A DNA stretch of 55,851 nt, taken from the NCBI RefSeq assembly GCF_001194135.2, contig NC_068988.1, positions 10,685,060-10,740,910 on the forward strand. Direction: 5' to 3'. Below the pieces are notes generated by a model that saw nothing but the letters and a program-made list of their open reading frames with translations, did not search any database and was not told the DNA's origin. This document shows, piece by piece, positions 26,213 to 40,386 of the stretch (its first letter is position 1; every line of letters begins with the position of its first letter). This DNA comes from Octopus bimaculoides (lineage: Eukaryota). The position numbers and the translations under genes are program-made.

Positions 26213-28768
26213 TAAACCGGATTAAAGGATTTTACTGTCTACTATCGTCGGAGTAGTGATAGCGATGGTTATGTGAAAAACGTTAGGAAAATTGGATAAA
26301 TGCCAGAAAAACAATCGAATATAGCATCGTGGTGTCATAAATAGATTCTGTAGCGATAAGAAAGACTTACGGATGTGAAGGGATATAGAATGAAATGCAA
26401 ACACACGGCACATCTTCATTTATTACACAAATAAAAGATTGTATTTTAAAAAATACATGAAAAGATATAATAGAGTCAAGATAAACACGTAACAATGCCT
26501 GTAAACACGATCAACAAATTCAGGAACAAACAGTTAAAAAGATTACGCAACGCACAACAATTACAGCACTTTTAATAGAAACGCAAATAATAAACGGTGG
26601 AGTTCTTTATGTAGAAAAAAAAATGGACTGAAGATAGCATTCAGGCTCAGATTTTTCTAATGGTGTAAGATTTCTTAAAACGAAATTCAGCATCAACATT
26701 ATCAATACCATCAACCCCAACACAGAAGAAAATTATAAGGAATACAACACAGTGATTTTTCTTGCTATTCAAACGCACATGACATGTAAAGCAATCAACA
26801 GCAAAGATTGGAAACTCCATCAAAAAGTAAACCTGTGTAAGATTGCATTTATGCAAATACCGTAAAAAACAATAGTCAAAAGGGTGACAATGGGGATCGC
26901 TAAGACAAAGAGAGAGAGAAAGAGAGAGGAAGAGGGAAGAACGAGAGAGATTGAGAGCGTATGTAATTATATGATGAGCCAATTTTTTGTAAGTCATTAA
27001 TACTATTGATTTATGTAATATCAGAAACGACGTAATTTAAATGCTTCAGTAAGTGTTGGTGCAAAAATCCCTAAGTGACATCTATGTAGCTACATGTGTA
27101 TTTATTCTGTTACCTGAGTAAGAATGTGCCTACGTAAATGCATGGATACACCCACGCCTATATATAACGGGTGAGATGAACAGAGAGAAACAGATACCTA
27201 TACATCTATATGTCTATATCTAGAGTGTATGTCTGTTTGTGTGTGCGTGTTTGTTCATGTGCTATTTAGTATATAAAAATATATTCGTAAATGCTAGTCG
27301 CAATAAAAACAATATCACAGGAATGCCAACCATTAACACTTTAAAAGAATGAGAAATGCCCTTCATTTTTAAACATTAACACTGAATCGGAAGAAAGGAC
27401 AAGCTGAGAGACAATGAAATGCGAAATGGCTAGTGAGCGTGTAAGAAAATGTAGGACGAATGATTAGAAACGAAGCGCACATTATGTCTTTGGAGGGTGA
27501 AATTTAAGACAATAGGATAAGCCGGTTATGTGTTTGCAATCATACGCCTGTCCCGATGATATGTGTGTGTTTTGGTGAGGATTAAACATTTGCAGTTGTT
27601 TGCATTTGATGCGCGTGTAGGATGTCGTTGTGTATTTGAAGTTAATCGTGAAGTGGTTGGCATGGAAGCATAGCATGGATGTGAGGAAATGAGGCTAGGC
27701 GTGCGAATGTGAAGCTGAAGCTAGTAGCATGACTAAGGTAGTGTGGTGTGTTTGATATAAATATCTGTAATCGTATGAATGTGAAACGTTTTAACACTCA
27801 AGAAAGTTTTGTGAAGAGCAGGAAAGTCAACGGAAAAGGTTAAAAAGTTGAAATAACATTTACTGGCAAGATAAATAGAAATGTGATAAAACTTGGGAGG
27901 AACTTCGTCGTGACAGGAATATGTTTGTGCTGTGTGTAACCCTCAGCAGAATTCGGATGATATGAAAGACAAATCGACGTGCATTCGATAGAATCATATC
28001 TTGCAATATTTGTGCAATGTCAGTGGTAATTAAATCATTTACGATACGAAAGGGAACACATGAATAATTCGCAACTTGGACATCAGTACTATCGACATAG
28101 ATATTAATAGTAAATAGTAAATAAATTTTAGTTCAGCACTGATGCTAACAAGATCTACGTTTGATGTGAGGATAGTTGCATAGGAATGAAAACATGCCCC
28201 ACCCTCTTTGAGTACTGCATTGTCCAGTTAGATAATACATATTGCAAAGTAAATATAAGGTTAACAGAATTGTGAGATACGACAATTGTTGGTTCAAAAG
28301 TGAATTTGACAATGAATGTTAATCGAAATTTGCGATGGAAATAATCATCATGCCAACAGAAGGTTATGCACCTGCAGCAAATTTAGTCTATGTTATGCAA
28401 ATGCATGGAGAGATATTGTTTATCGACCAAACACTTAAGGGTGTTTCTGGCTTCGTCATTATCATAAAAAATTCGAATTGAAGAAAATATGCATTAAATT
28501 AGCTGCGCTTCAAAATGTCTTGATGACATTACACTCACATCACATTTGATATTGTTGCAAAATACATGTACAATCATTTGCCCTGGATAGATTATCCTAG
28601 CGGCAATATGAAATGTATAACTGGCCCAGAAAATATATAGAACTTTAAAAATAAATTTTATTTATGTGAAATTGACACCATTAAAAATACCAGGAATTAT
28701 TCACACGTTTAAAAAGAAATTTTATTTGTAAACTAATCTAACATTCTCCTGATACACCCATAAGGCGT

Positions 28769-28940
28769 ATATTCTTTTCTACTCTTGGCACAAGACTTGA
28801 AAATTTTGGGGGAGGGGGCCAGTCGATTAGATTGACTCCAGTACATAACTGGTACTTAATTTATTGAACACCTAAAGAATGAAAGGCAAAGTCAACCTCG
28901 GCAGAATTTGAACTCAGAACGTAACGGCAGACGAAATACA
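28769..28940 (-). mobile_element. SINE family I (tail B)
   Basis: GAATGAAAGGCAAAGTCAACCTCGGCAGAATTTGAACTCAGAACGTAACGGCAGACGAAATAC. Confidence 0.9.
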
Positions 28941-29489
28941 GACTACAAGCAGCACAATCGATGCATTTTCTATCGATCAGCTGCCCAGTAGATGAGGATG
29001 TCTCATTAAAATATGAGGAAACGCTTGAGTTGAATATATGAGTTATTCGCAACTCATATATCCAGGAATGAGATATTCATTTGTAAAAATTATCATTGCA
29101 CTGGGCTACGTAATATTAGATCGGCTTAAAAAGACTGGAAATGCTCGAAGCCGTCCAAATAGAAAAAAAAAATCAGAAAAAAAATCGATTAGAGTTACAG
29201 AGAAAGTTTAAATATTCCAAAGATTCTTAGTTTCAGATAACTGAGTTTGGCATATGCTCACAATTATACATATACACAATTACACGTACACATATACATA
29301 CACGCAGGATTGAAGAACATCCATTTAGGTACGAAATTAGCTACCATAACCTATTCACTACTAGATTATATTTTCCCTAACTGTAGAAAGTAAACGGCAA
29401 ACATCGCTTGTGATTCTTTCTTTGCAGCGATAATCAAACCATTACCTAATGAGACAGGGTTAAGGGAAAATTAAGGATGTACCGTCTTG

Positions 29490-29735
29490 GGACCAACTCC
29501 GTTAAAAAATTAGTCAAGCAATGTGAAATTTCTGCCCCAACTATCTTTCCTCGTAATTCGTTATCACTCTCACGCGTGCTTTTGCTATTGATTGCTCTTC
29601 TGTGACATGCATGACGTACCAATCCTCTGGTCGTCTCTTCAAATTCCGTTGATTTGCTGTCAATGCGGAAGATTTTCAATGTCTCATTCGTGATCACTTT
29701 TATGTTGATGATTGGGACATTGTAGCTCATACACA
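29490..29735 (+). pseudogene. RTE-clade LINE reverse transcriptase fragment
   Basis: VKQCEISAPTIF...YQSSGRLFKFR*F...LIRDHFYVDDWDIVAHT (compare GVKQGC.+APTLF, SDGKLFNLRR and RDLLYADDC.LVAHT). Ends in (CA)n. Confidence 0.75.
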
Positions 29736-29736
29736 G

Positions 29737-29783
<47 letters not shown>

Positions 29784-30829
29784 TACACATATATATGTAT
29801 ATGTACATCTAAGACAACAGCATATTTACATACACACGCATATGTGTTTGCGTGCGTAAATGTTTCTCGCTTGGCTTCTCATATCAATACAGTTAAGAAT
29901 AATTGACTAGGAATAGATTTGTGAAATCTACATATTTAACTGCAATATACTGCATGTCCTCCAGGGGGAGTTCAGTACTGAAGAAATGATGAATATTCTA
30001 AATGATGTATAATGCGTCTATCTGAGTCATCACCAGTTTTCTATTTTGCAAACTAGCCGAAACACTTATTTATTTTGACAGGAACAAAAATGAATTACAG
30101 ATGCAAAATTGCTTGAGCGTGTGCTTAGAGTTACACTACAATGACACGACTACGTGTAATATTATCGATATTAAAATGAGATTCGTTTAACATTTTCTGT
30201 TTTGTTTTCGAGTTTTACTTTGTATCACTTCTCTATTTCCAAAGAGACTAATATAACAACTACAATAAAATGACCAATAAAGGGAATAATAGGAAAGTTC
30301 TATAGAATCATTTCCCCATAAAAAGGGGATTTAAAGTTTTGTTGTGTGCAAAATACAAAATATTCTGATTTTTTCCTCTATTGAATTTGCATTCCCTGGG
30401 GAATCAATAAACAGGAAAATTTCCAGTTCTTTGTTAGAATATAAAAGGGAATTTTATTGGAAGGATCTTTAGAAACGATGCAACAACTTATTATGAGTTG
30501 GCGTTATTGTAGCATCGCCAATATTTTATACATTATTCTTACCTTTAATTTAACATTTATGTCGCTGAGAATATTACATTCTTTGTTCTGACAGCGTTTG
30601 AAAAACAGGCGAAATTAGTCTTTATTCCTGATGAATTTTTCTATATGTTATTAAATTACTGTGAGGTTGGAAGAAATACAAATATAGCAGCGAAGATTTC
30701 TGAATTCAATTTCGGCCTAACGATTAATTAATTTATAAAGATAGCAGATTAATCAGTGTTAATTATGAAGTTCTCCCCAACTATAAATGTTTTTTTTTTA
30801 TCAGTGAACGAAATACCAGGATTAGAATA

Positions 30830-32530
30830 ATCCGAATCTCCGAAAAATTCACACGAAAGCCGTTGGAAGGAAGATTGTAAGGAATCGTCCAAGCTGAATC
30901 GAGGTAATTATTCAGGAGTTACGAATAGTGAAGATAAATGTTAAACGAAGTTCACACACACAAAAGCACGTACAGCTGCAAACACTCGCATACAGTATGT
31001 GTAGACCGAAAAGTCGAGAAATTTGACGTAAGTGTTGGAAATAGTGCAGGAGAATACGAGTGCAGGATGGAAGGTTTGGTCAAAAGAGAGGAAAGAGTCT
31101 AATTGTTCGTGGGAGAATGAGGTCACACTGATACATTCATCGATATAACGACCGTATAGTTCGAGAATGGGACCAGTAAATCATGAGAATATTTGGGCCT
31201 TGACGTACTCAACGATCAAGTTCGCATAATTGGGAAAAATCAACCGCGAATGTGAAGAGACGGTGAGCATGGTTAGTGACGTGGAAGTGGGAGGGAAGAG
31301 AAGCCACTAGGGAGAAGTATATGGTCCAAGTCGAGTTACAGGCGGAGACGTTATAGGGAAGAGGGTTGTTGAGCTTGTGGAGCTTGGGAACGAATTAAAT
31401 GGTGGGAGTGCGTGGAATGGTAGCAATGAGGTCGGAGACAGTGGGAGGAAGACGAGAGGTGGAAAGAGATAATGGATTTTGGAGGACACAGACTGTTGGT
31501 AGTTAGGCGTGGGGTTGTAGGGCTGAGGCCAATAGAAGGAGGTGTCTTCAGCCTTTTCGAGGTCTGTGCTCCACGTCACCAAGACTCTACCCGTGTCAGC
31601 CGCGTTTTATGATGATATCATTGCAGCGTCGGAGATATCGAATGGCCGAGTTTTCGGCCGGTGAGGTGTTAAAGTGTTGGGGACGCCTGCAAAAGTTAAC
31701 CCGTTCAACAACACGTTGGCAGATGCATGCTAAATGATCGACTGCTTGGAACTGACCAAGAGCGGGCGACTAGTGGGATGGTCAGCCGACGGAAATCGGG
31801 GAAGCACTCCGCTTTATTAGATGCAGCTGGTGTGTTGTGGTATAGTGCATATAACCTGACGCGGCACACAGCCCAATGAATATCAGAACGAGAATGAAAT
31901 TCGTTATTGGATGAAACGCAGAATTTTAATTAAAAGATGGCGCTCCGCCTCAGAGAGAGGAAGATCAGGAGGAATCGTAACAAGGCTGAAGTGAGTAAGG
32001 GGTGGATGTGTTAGTCGTGGGCTGGGTGATGGTGGTAGTGGAAGGGTGGGAGGTATAGGAGGTCTGTGTGGAGAGAGAAGTGTAAGTGCGTGGGAGATTG
32101 GAGTAACGGAATGGTTGGGGAGGTGGAGGGGAGTGTGTGGATAAGGGGTGTAGTGGCATCGGGTGGGGGTGAATGGAGGAGTGAGTGGAGTTTATGCTCT
32201 TTAATGCCACTGAGGAACCCCTGAAAATGATGATTTAAATGGATTATGAAGCATAGATTGGAATGTGCAAAGAAAGGTGAAAGAGAGGAGAAAAAGGTAG
32301 AATAATCGAGAGGGAGAAGGGGTCGAGTGGGAATATTTGGGAGAGATTAGAACGTATTTTTGCACGTATAAGGAGGCGGGAAGTAGTATGCAGCATTGGT
32401 AGGATGGCATAAGCAGATTGGAAAGTGGTGTGGAAATGGCGGCGGAAATGTTTGAGTGGTGGTGAGGCAGTGACTGAGAAAGGAAACATGGCTAGAGAAC
32501 AGTGTTCTTTGAAAATCAGTAGGGAAACAT
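30830..32530 (-). mobile_element. Penelope-like element ORF relic (N-terminal region plus RT, internally deleted, no GIY-YIG seen)
   Basis: LVTIPPDLPLSEAERHLL...NTSPAENSAIRYLRRCNDIIIKR...VTWSTDL...DTSFY...NPTPNYQ...VSACN...SLVASLPSH...[deletion at ~31240] PNYANL.VEYVKAQIF...GRYIDEC...FHPALVFSCTISNTYVKFLDFSV. Confidence 0.9.
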
Positions 32531-33104
32531 TAGTAGTAGGTTGAAAGCAACGGAAAGGAAGCGCGAAAAGGTGTTTCTTTAGGCGGTGAAGGTAGAGGTA
32601 GAAGGGTTTTTAATCGAGCATGTTGGAAAAAAGAGAAAAGGTAAAAAAGAAAAAGAAACGGGTAAATGTGAGAGAAAAGCGAAGTAATGACGTACGGAGT
32701 ATAAGAGTTCAAACAATTCAAAACTTGTGAAGAGAAAAAAAAAAGAAACAAAAGAAAGAAATATCGAGAAAAAAAAGAATAAGAGAAGACGAAAAGACGA
32801 AGAATGGGAGAGAGAAAGGCAAAGTAACAACGTACGGAATTTGAAAAACAGGAAGCTCAAAAAAGTTCAAATGTCGTGTTATATTGGAGCGAATTTTCAT
32901 CAACGGAGGAGTCCAGTGAAATACGTAAGTCTATACAGAGATAATCCGGATTGAATGGTGGTATGCAGATGAGTAGACATGGTGAAAGTTTAGGCTGGTA
33001 TGCAGATGAAGGGAGGTGCTGAAAGTCCAAAGAGTAGGGGGTTAAAGCAGGATAAAACCGGTGTGAACACGTGAGCGTATAATATATAGTCGAAATTTAC
33101 AGAA

Positions 33105-33505
33105 AAACAAAAGAAGACCTATGTGTGAGCAACAAGGTATATTAGAATGACACCTAGGGAAGTGAGAAAGTCTTTTTTGCGCTTCGTGGCTTCGGTCTTC
33201 AACAAAGATAAATAATAGAAAGTAAACAGAGAGAGAATTAAAGCTAAATTTAGATCCAGTAGGGTATTTAAATAGCACCTATTATAATCGGAACCATCGT
33301 TCCAAGACCACCAGTACCATATATATATAGATATATAGCTGGAATTTACAAAAAAACAAAAGACGAAGACAGGTATGTAAACAACAAACAGGTTTACTAG
33401 TTTAACGCTCGGGAAGGTGACAAAGTTTTCTGTTTTGAGCCTACGCTTTTCGACAGAAAGCAACACGAGAAAATAAACAGAGAGAGAATTAAAAAAAGAA
33501 AGTTT
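33105..33505 (-). repeat. Two tandem Penelope pseudo-LTR-like units
   Basis: 33105-33245 and 33345-33500 share AAAAACAAAAG..GAAGAC, GGGAAG.GA.AAAGT and AAACAGAGAGAGAATTAAA. They lie 5' of the Penelope ORF on the minus strand. Confidence 0.7.
33432..33456 (-). ncRNA. Degenerate minimal hammerhead ribozyme core (probably inactive)
   Basis: Minus strand CTGTCGA-A-AAGC-GTAG-GCTC-AAAAC versus the canonical CTGANGA-stemII-GAAAC. A6 and G12 are mutated. Confidence 0.45.
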
Positions 33506-34479
33506 TANNNNNNNNNNNNNNNNNNNNNNNNNNNNNNNNNNNNNNTATATATATATATATATGGAGAGAGAGAGACGGGGGAGATATGGATACGTAGGTA
33601 GATAGATATGCATCTATACGTACATATATAAACCTAATCCTACTTCTTGACAGAATTCCCTGTTAAACTGAAGTACGGGAGAATATAGGTTTCCATAGAT
33701 ATATATTAAATAATCTTCGTAATTTAATAAAACTATTATAACTGCAGTGATATATTATCTAATACATTAACGTTTCATGTCTAGGATTCAAATTCTTGTA
33801 GTAAATATATATATTATAGCTAAATATTATGAGAAAGCCAATGTTTATTTTATGATTGCTAAAAATATAATCCCCTTTATGTGTGCTTGTTGGTTTCATA
33901 TATATGAATCCTTGAAGGATTTTGTAAGCATTGTATGCATCGCTATACGCATTTAATGCATCGTTATGTGTGTCTTCGTAAATCACTGGTCTCTTAAGGC
34001 CACACTTCGTATTCGTTCTCATCAGGTACATTATTTTCAGGGATTCATTTTTACAAAAGATATAACATTAATGGATGCTTACCAGAGATGTATCTATCCC
34101 TTTAGACTAATGCGAAGGTTCGTTGACTTATATAACTCAACCAATCTGGGATGGTTACATCGTAACCATCAGAAATATGAACTGTGATCTTAAGAGTCAT
34201 GCGAATTGTGGAAACGCGCGTACCAATGCATTAATTATTTATAAATTCCATACACGTATTATTGTTATTATTACTGCGTTTATCCTACATTACATCGGTA
34301 CAACTCGATGCAACCCTCGAAAATGTTTCAGCAGTCGGCTTCATGTGATGTAGCCGGCATATTGGAATAGGGTCTTTATTTGCATATTCACAAGGTTTCC
34401 CATGAACAAATTTAAAAGAGATATCTGTCTGTATGTCAGCGTGTCTGTCTTTGTGTGCTTGTATGTGTGTGCGTGCGTG

Positions 34480-34705
34480 TGTGTGTATATTTGTGTCTGT
34501 GCTTGTTCCGCCACCGATGATTGACATCCGGTGTGTGTGTATTTACGCGCCGTAACTTAGCGGTTCGGCAAAAAATTCTGATACAATGAGTACCAGACTT
34601 TCAAAATATAAGTAGTTGGATCGATACATCCAACTAAGAGTTCTTCAAGGTGGTGCCCCAGCATGGCTGCAGTTTAATGACATGACTGGAACTTGTACAA
34701 AATAA
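34480..34705 (+). mobile_element. SINE family II, 3' half
   Basis: CGTAACTTAGCGGTTCGGCAAAA...CAAGGTGGTGCCCCAGCATGGCTGCAG. Confidence 0.85.
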
Positions 34706-35474
34706 ACGGTACATGACAGACGTATATATATGTGTGTGTGCGTGTGTGTGTATGTGTGTGTGCATGTCTACATGTGTGTGTATGTGTGTGTGTTATGTGT
34801 GTGTATGTGGAGGGTGTGTGCTAGCAATTTATTCTCATATAAGGCCTCCTACTCTTTTAGATGAAAATATACGCTTGCGTAAAAATAAGTTCTCATAAAG
34901 ACATTCACGTTAGAGACTTTCTTGACGAATTGTATCATTTAACTATTATCCCCTCAATGTATATTGTTAATTTAACATCATATATACCCAATTTATTGAA
35001 ATGTGTATTGAACTAAAGCCACTATGTTATTATCTCTAGCGTTGATAGACTGCAGTTCTAATGTAAAATCTTCAAACTTCTGTTTTATAATAATACAAAG
35101 TTTCTCTTATTATTGCATTTAATAACCTCCATCTTCATTGAATAATAATATCTTCTTCATTCATCATTAATTTTGACATTTCTGTTTGTATCAATGTTTC
35201 CGTGGGTACACATTTAGACATACGTATTGTTCTGTAATACGATTTCAATATAACCGATTCTGGCTTCTCTAACATCCTGTTTCCGAAAGTGATATTGTTA
35301 TTGTTGAATATTTCAGAACGTGTTGTCTACAATAAATGATATAATCAAGACAGATTTAGAGAGAAAGCTGGTGGGTGAAATTCTTTATAGTTTTAGTTAT
35401 GATTAAAATACACAGAGTTACAATAAAATGTTGCAGAAATTCTCGTGTACGCTTTTATTCTCAAATATATGTAT

Positions 35475-35700
35475 TTTTTACTTGTTCCATTCATTTGCCA
35501 CTGGCCATACCTAGGCACCACCTTGAAAAAGTTTTGTCGAATTAATCGACGTCAGCACTTGTTTAAGCCCGGCACTGCTTTCGGTTGTCTTGTTGAATTA
35601 CTAATGTAAGATAGATCGGTTTTCAAGCGTTGGTGGGGACGAGACTGAACCCTAAATGATGTGTTTGGGAAACAAACTTTTTATCTCTCCGCCACGCCTT
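35475..35700 (-). mobile_element. SINE family II-related, degenerate
   Basis: Reverse-complement tail CAAGGTGGTGCCTAGGTATGGCCAGTGGCAAATGAATGGAACAAGTAAAA. Confidence 0.65.
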
Positions 35701-36039
35701 CACCATGTTACGAAATGTAATCAGAAACATTCTTTCAGACTGAGGTCACATAGTAAGTATTGTATTCATATTTATTCCTCTTGATATGCAATCTCGCAAA
35801 TATAATTTTTACCAATACAAACGTAAATTATGTTTCATAGGCGATTACTTTCGTATGATTTATAACTGAATGGGTACATTTTACTCTTCATAACCCATTT
35901 TCTAGTTTAGCTTGGAAAGAGGACTACTTTATGAACGAAACACATTCCCTTCTGTATGTGTTGTATATTTAGCAAACATAGTGACACGGCAGCGTAAATG
36001 AATATGTGCGATATGGGATACATGAGTTGTATGATCTGA

Positions 36040-36380
36040 CAGGTTGAAGTGTCTGCCTCAGTGATGACCCTGATCTTGACGGTGACTTGGAAAATGCATA
36101 TACAGGTCATCACTGCCTGGCGCGGATGCACCAACGGAGGTACCACCTCCTACGTCGATAATATTAAAGCAGGGGCCCAAAGAAAATGTGATCAGAGCAA
36201 GTCCAACATCATACCAACTCCTTCATTCCCAAGAAGCCAGCAGTGCCAGGAATGAAGCAGAACCTTTCAAGTACACATCAAGTACACATCAAGTACACAT
36301 CAACCTGATCGACCACAGCCGGATGCACGTGATCCATCTTCTCTCATGTGAAATCCCGGTCATTGTCGACAACGGCTGAC
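36040..36380 (+). pseudogene. Possible highly decayed RTE-clade RT N-terminal fragment
   Basis: IQVITAW...DNIKAG...DQSKSNII..PKKPA...HINLIDH resembles EMITAL...TIYDTGEIP.DLSKSIFIALPKKPG...RTISLMSH. Requires frameshifts. Confidence 0.45.
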
Positions 36381-36890
36381 GAACATTATGTCGTTGGACA
36401 GCTGACATCGATTGCACAGTATTACACAGAATACAGCTAAAGTATATGAAGTAGTTTACTTTTTAATATGAATCAGGTAGTAAGGTGATGCTGAAATACT
36501 GCATACCGAGCAATTGGCATAAAACAATCTTACTTTTGCTCAACACGATTATTGATTTCAACGGTTCAGTTGATGACTTTGAATTTTTTTTGCGCCCATT
36601 GCATATCGAGTGCTGATTCATAAAATAATATGTTAACGCGGAAGATAAACAGAGACAGGAGATATATAACATTTCACTCGTCAGTTATGCTAAGATTAAA
36701 GAAGGCATTTTCTCTGAACTTAGACGAGAGAATTTATAAGTGATGAGAAATTTCATGGTGATTGGCATGAAATGGTGAATGACGCGTGGCAGTGTAGCTA
36801 AATTGCAATATTTTCCAGGAACCTTTAGGGAAATCACAATGACAAAACCTATTCTGAAATATAGGAAGTTAATTTTATAGGCGTTTTATA

Positions 36891-37326
36891 GGTGCATGCA
36901 TGGTTAACTGGTTAATATATTCGTTTTGCAGCCATATTATCCGGGTTCTGTTCCATATTGCAGTAGGTTCCGTAATACATTTTTACTTGCAATTGTAGGC
37001 CCTGGACCCACCAAAGCCTTATGCGTTAATCTGGTTGCAGGAAACTGCAATACGCCAGGCGTATATGTATACATATATATGTATAAATTTATGTGTGTGT
37101 GTGTATCTGTATTTGTCCCTTTAACCTCGCTTAACGACCGATGTGGGGGTGTGTTTATGTCCCGTAACATAGCAGTTCGGCAAAAGAGACTGATAGAAAA
37201 AGTAGTAGGCTGACAAAGAATAAGTCCTGGGGTTACCTTCTTCGAATAAAACATCTTTACGACGGTTCTCCCCCATGCCTGCAGTCAAATGACTGAAACA
37301 AGTGTTTGAGTAAAAGAATAAAAGAA
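36891..37326 (+). mobile_element. SINE family II, full length, degenerate
   Basis: Colinear with 25797-26212, including the internal TA/GT tract and the CAGTCAAATGACTGAAACAAG...TAAAAGAATAAAAGAA tail. Confidence 0.85.
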
Positions 37327-37564
37327 CGTGTGTGTGTGTTTATGTATATGTATGGATTGATAGATACATACACACCTATATANNNNNNNNNNNNNNNNNN
37401 NNNNNNNNNNNNNNNNNNNNNNNNNNNNNNNNNNNNNNNNNNNNNNNNNNNNNNNNNNNNNNNNNNNNNNNNNNNNNNNNNNNNNNNNNNNNNNNNNNNN
37501 NNNNNNNNNNNNNNNNNNNNNNNNNNNNNNNNNNNNNNNNNNNNNNNNNNNNNNNNNNNNNNNN

Positions 37565-37603
<39 letters not shown>

Positions 37604-40199
37604 TACGTATATATTTGCACTACACACACATATACATAGATAGAAAGACAGACAGCCAGACAGACAGATATACATACAAACTGGTGTCCCAGCATGCTTG
37701 AACGTCACTGAAAGCACATAAGTTAACTTAATGCCATCTCCACAATGTTATTTCTTTTCCGGAAACAATTGGACATCGTGCGTGAATGGCTTCATTCCGA
37801 TATTGTTGTGATAGCGATGTTGCATTTTAAAGATTTCTGGAGCACTAGCTTGCTTGATGACTGGAAACTAGAAGGAAAGAACACCAGAATATGAAACCAG
37901 TCCCCTATTTTCATTACCAAAACAATGTTTTGGTGAGTGTAAATATTTTGAAAAGTTTTAATTCCTTATTACTGTTAAACAGTACCTTTAAGGCGAATGC
38001 TACAACATTTTTCAGATCCTATTTTTGTATTCTCCAATAACAGTACAACCTGAATGACTTTAAGCTATGCAGAATTATACCATAAAGAAATTTTTCTGTA
38101 AAATGCCGATCGAATTTTAAGAAAACAAATTGGAAATTATTTTAAAGAACTTTCCATAACTTGCACTCAAATGAGAAGACTACACGAAATTAATACATTT
38201 TCCTTAAGAAATGGAAGTGTGTTTGATATCTAAAATGAAACTGATAATTTTGCGATTAAAAGCCCTGTTTTATGTTGCAGTTATTTTTTTTGCTTTGTTT
38301 TTGTTCTGTATTTCACGTTATTGCATTCTTTATTTTACTTAACGTTATATGAAGTTTTTTACTCTCATTGTAGTGTCACCTTCGGAAATTGTTAATGTAA
38401 CCTTGAATGCTTAGGGCAGCGTCACAGGAAAAATGTAAATGACAACCTTAGATCTCTGAGGGAGAACTAAATTAAATTAAAAGCCTCAATAGCGACAACA
38501 CAAGAGATTGCTCGAAGGAAAATTACCGCGAAGATAGTAAATCGAATTGTGTTTGACAAAAAAGTTTGCAAAAGTACAAATTTAAACAGTTAACCACAAC
38601 CCATGAAATGGCAAGGTAATAGATTTTGAAGCTATCTTCACGCAAAGCTTAAGGTTCGAATGTGGCAAGATAAAGTATTTAACAGTTCTCTCATTGGACA
38701 TATAACCTACTATTTAGACAATTTCCTCTGCTCTAAACACTAAAACTAAGCTTCAGAAGCAAATACCTTTCGAAGGATTTACGCTGGTTGAAGAATCTGC
38801 AAGATTTGTTTTCTATTTTTGCTTTACCAAATTATCGTGAAAAGAGATACTGTTGTAGACAAGATACAGGTCAACACTTGAATTTCTTTAAGCAATGACA
38901 AACTATGGTTCACCTTTATCTCGCTGTTGCTTACAATATCTTAATACGCAATACCTTAATATATTATTTATAAAATCTAATGTAAAATATACCAAATTTC
39001 ATGAATACAATATGTTTCGTTGTATTATGAGATATCAGTGACAAAAACACGTTTTAGTTTGATGAATGATGTCAAAGAGTATGTCCTAGTATGAATAGGA
39101 AATGGTTTTTCCTGAGGTGGCATGCTAGGACGGTTGATATTCCATAACAACCGAAAAGACTAATTAAAATGTGATAACAACAAAGGCCATCCGACACCTA
39201 TCCAAAGTGAATATTTCAACAGCATCCACATAGCGTTAAGTGCCTTTTAAGCAATAGAAATAACTTCCTATATAGACAATAATTTAAAACATTTTTTAAT
39301 TAAAATATATTTTATGATTTGATCAAAAGAAGAAATAAACAAACAAAGAAGTATGGTGCATATCTTATTAAAATTGCATAAGGCGAACATTCTCAGAATC
39401 ACAAATGAATCACGAATGACTACATCATCGTATATCATGTGAAAGTTGAATATCATCAGAGCCGGAGTATGTAGAAACATTACTTAATTACAAAAGTGAA
39501 CGCTGTTTGCAAAGTTGTACAAATCGTCGAGTTATAAAGGACAAGAGAATATAAGTATTCAGTTAGGACTGAATATGACTGAATGCTGCCTCTGTAAACC
39601 GTTTGCAACAAACTATATGTGAAGTAAATACTTGTACAGGTGTTCAGATGAACAGACATCAATAATTTGGTGACTAAGATCTCTTTATATCTTAGCTTGA
39701 CTACCAACGTTCTTTTTCAGACATTTGGTCGTATCAGATGTTGTGATTGTATATAATAAAAGGTATATAATAAAAAGCAGCAAAAATATCACAAAAACTG
39801 TTACTCAGAATTTCACGTCCCAGTTGTCGGACAGTTTTGTTTAGAAACAATTCTACTTCTGGTATTCGAGTACTATCTTTTCCACGTTGTTTCGCATTTA
39901 TGTGATTGATAGGGTAGATATACATATGTATTAGTATTCTTAATGTTTATAATCGATCACTGTGCAATGACTAAAGGAAATAGTATAATAATGGGGCATA
40001 AGAGTACCCGGCGGAAAAAATAGTACGTTGTGTCGTTACCCAGCTGGAGGGGGTGTTCTGGTGATGTTGAATATAGCAGTAATGTCGTTCTGTATAGAAC
40101 AGTTGTATTGAAGTTGCAACAAACATTACATTTAAGTGTATGGCATGTTTACTTAATACTAGTATTTCCGATAAAACATATTTGTAAATACATAAACCA

Positions 40200-40204
40200 T
40201 CATC

Positions 40205-40269
<65 letters not shown>

Positions 40270-40270
40270 T
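40200..40270. repeat. (CAT)n microsatellite
   Basis: Direct reading; source of the poly-His ORF. Confidence 0.95.
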
Positions 40271-40386
40271 ACTATCATTATTGTTATTTTAGTCTCACTC
40301 CCATATTGCTCTGTTTTCTGTCACATTTTGTGGTGTGCCTGTAACCTTATTACATTAACTAAGCTATTTACTACAAGGTAGCAACT

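Noticed and set aside
28390-28405. Octamer motif ATGCAAAT and scattered CACGTG E-boxes
   Set aside because: Single short motifs are expected by chance, with no clustering or promoter context.
31965-32520. G-rich purine-skewed tract and Pro/Thr/Ser-rich ORFs (G-quadruplex or mucin-like gene)
   Set aside because: Explained as the low-complexity N-terminal part of the Penelope ORF on the minus strand.
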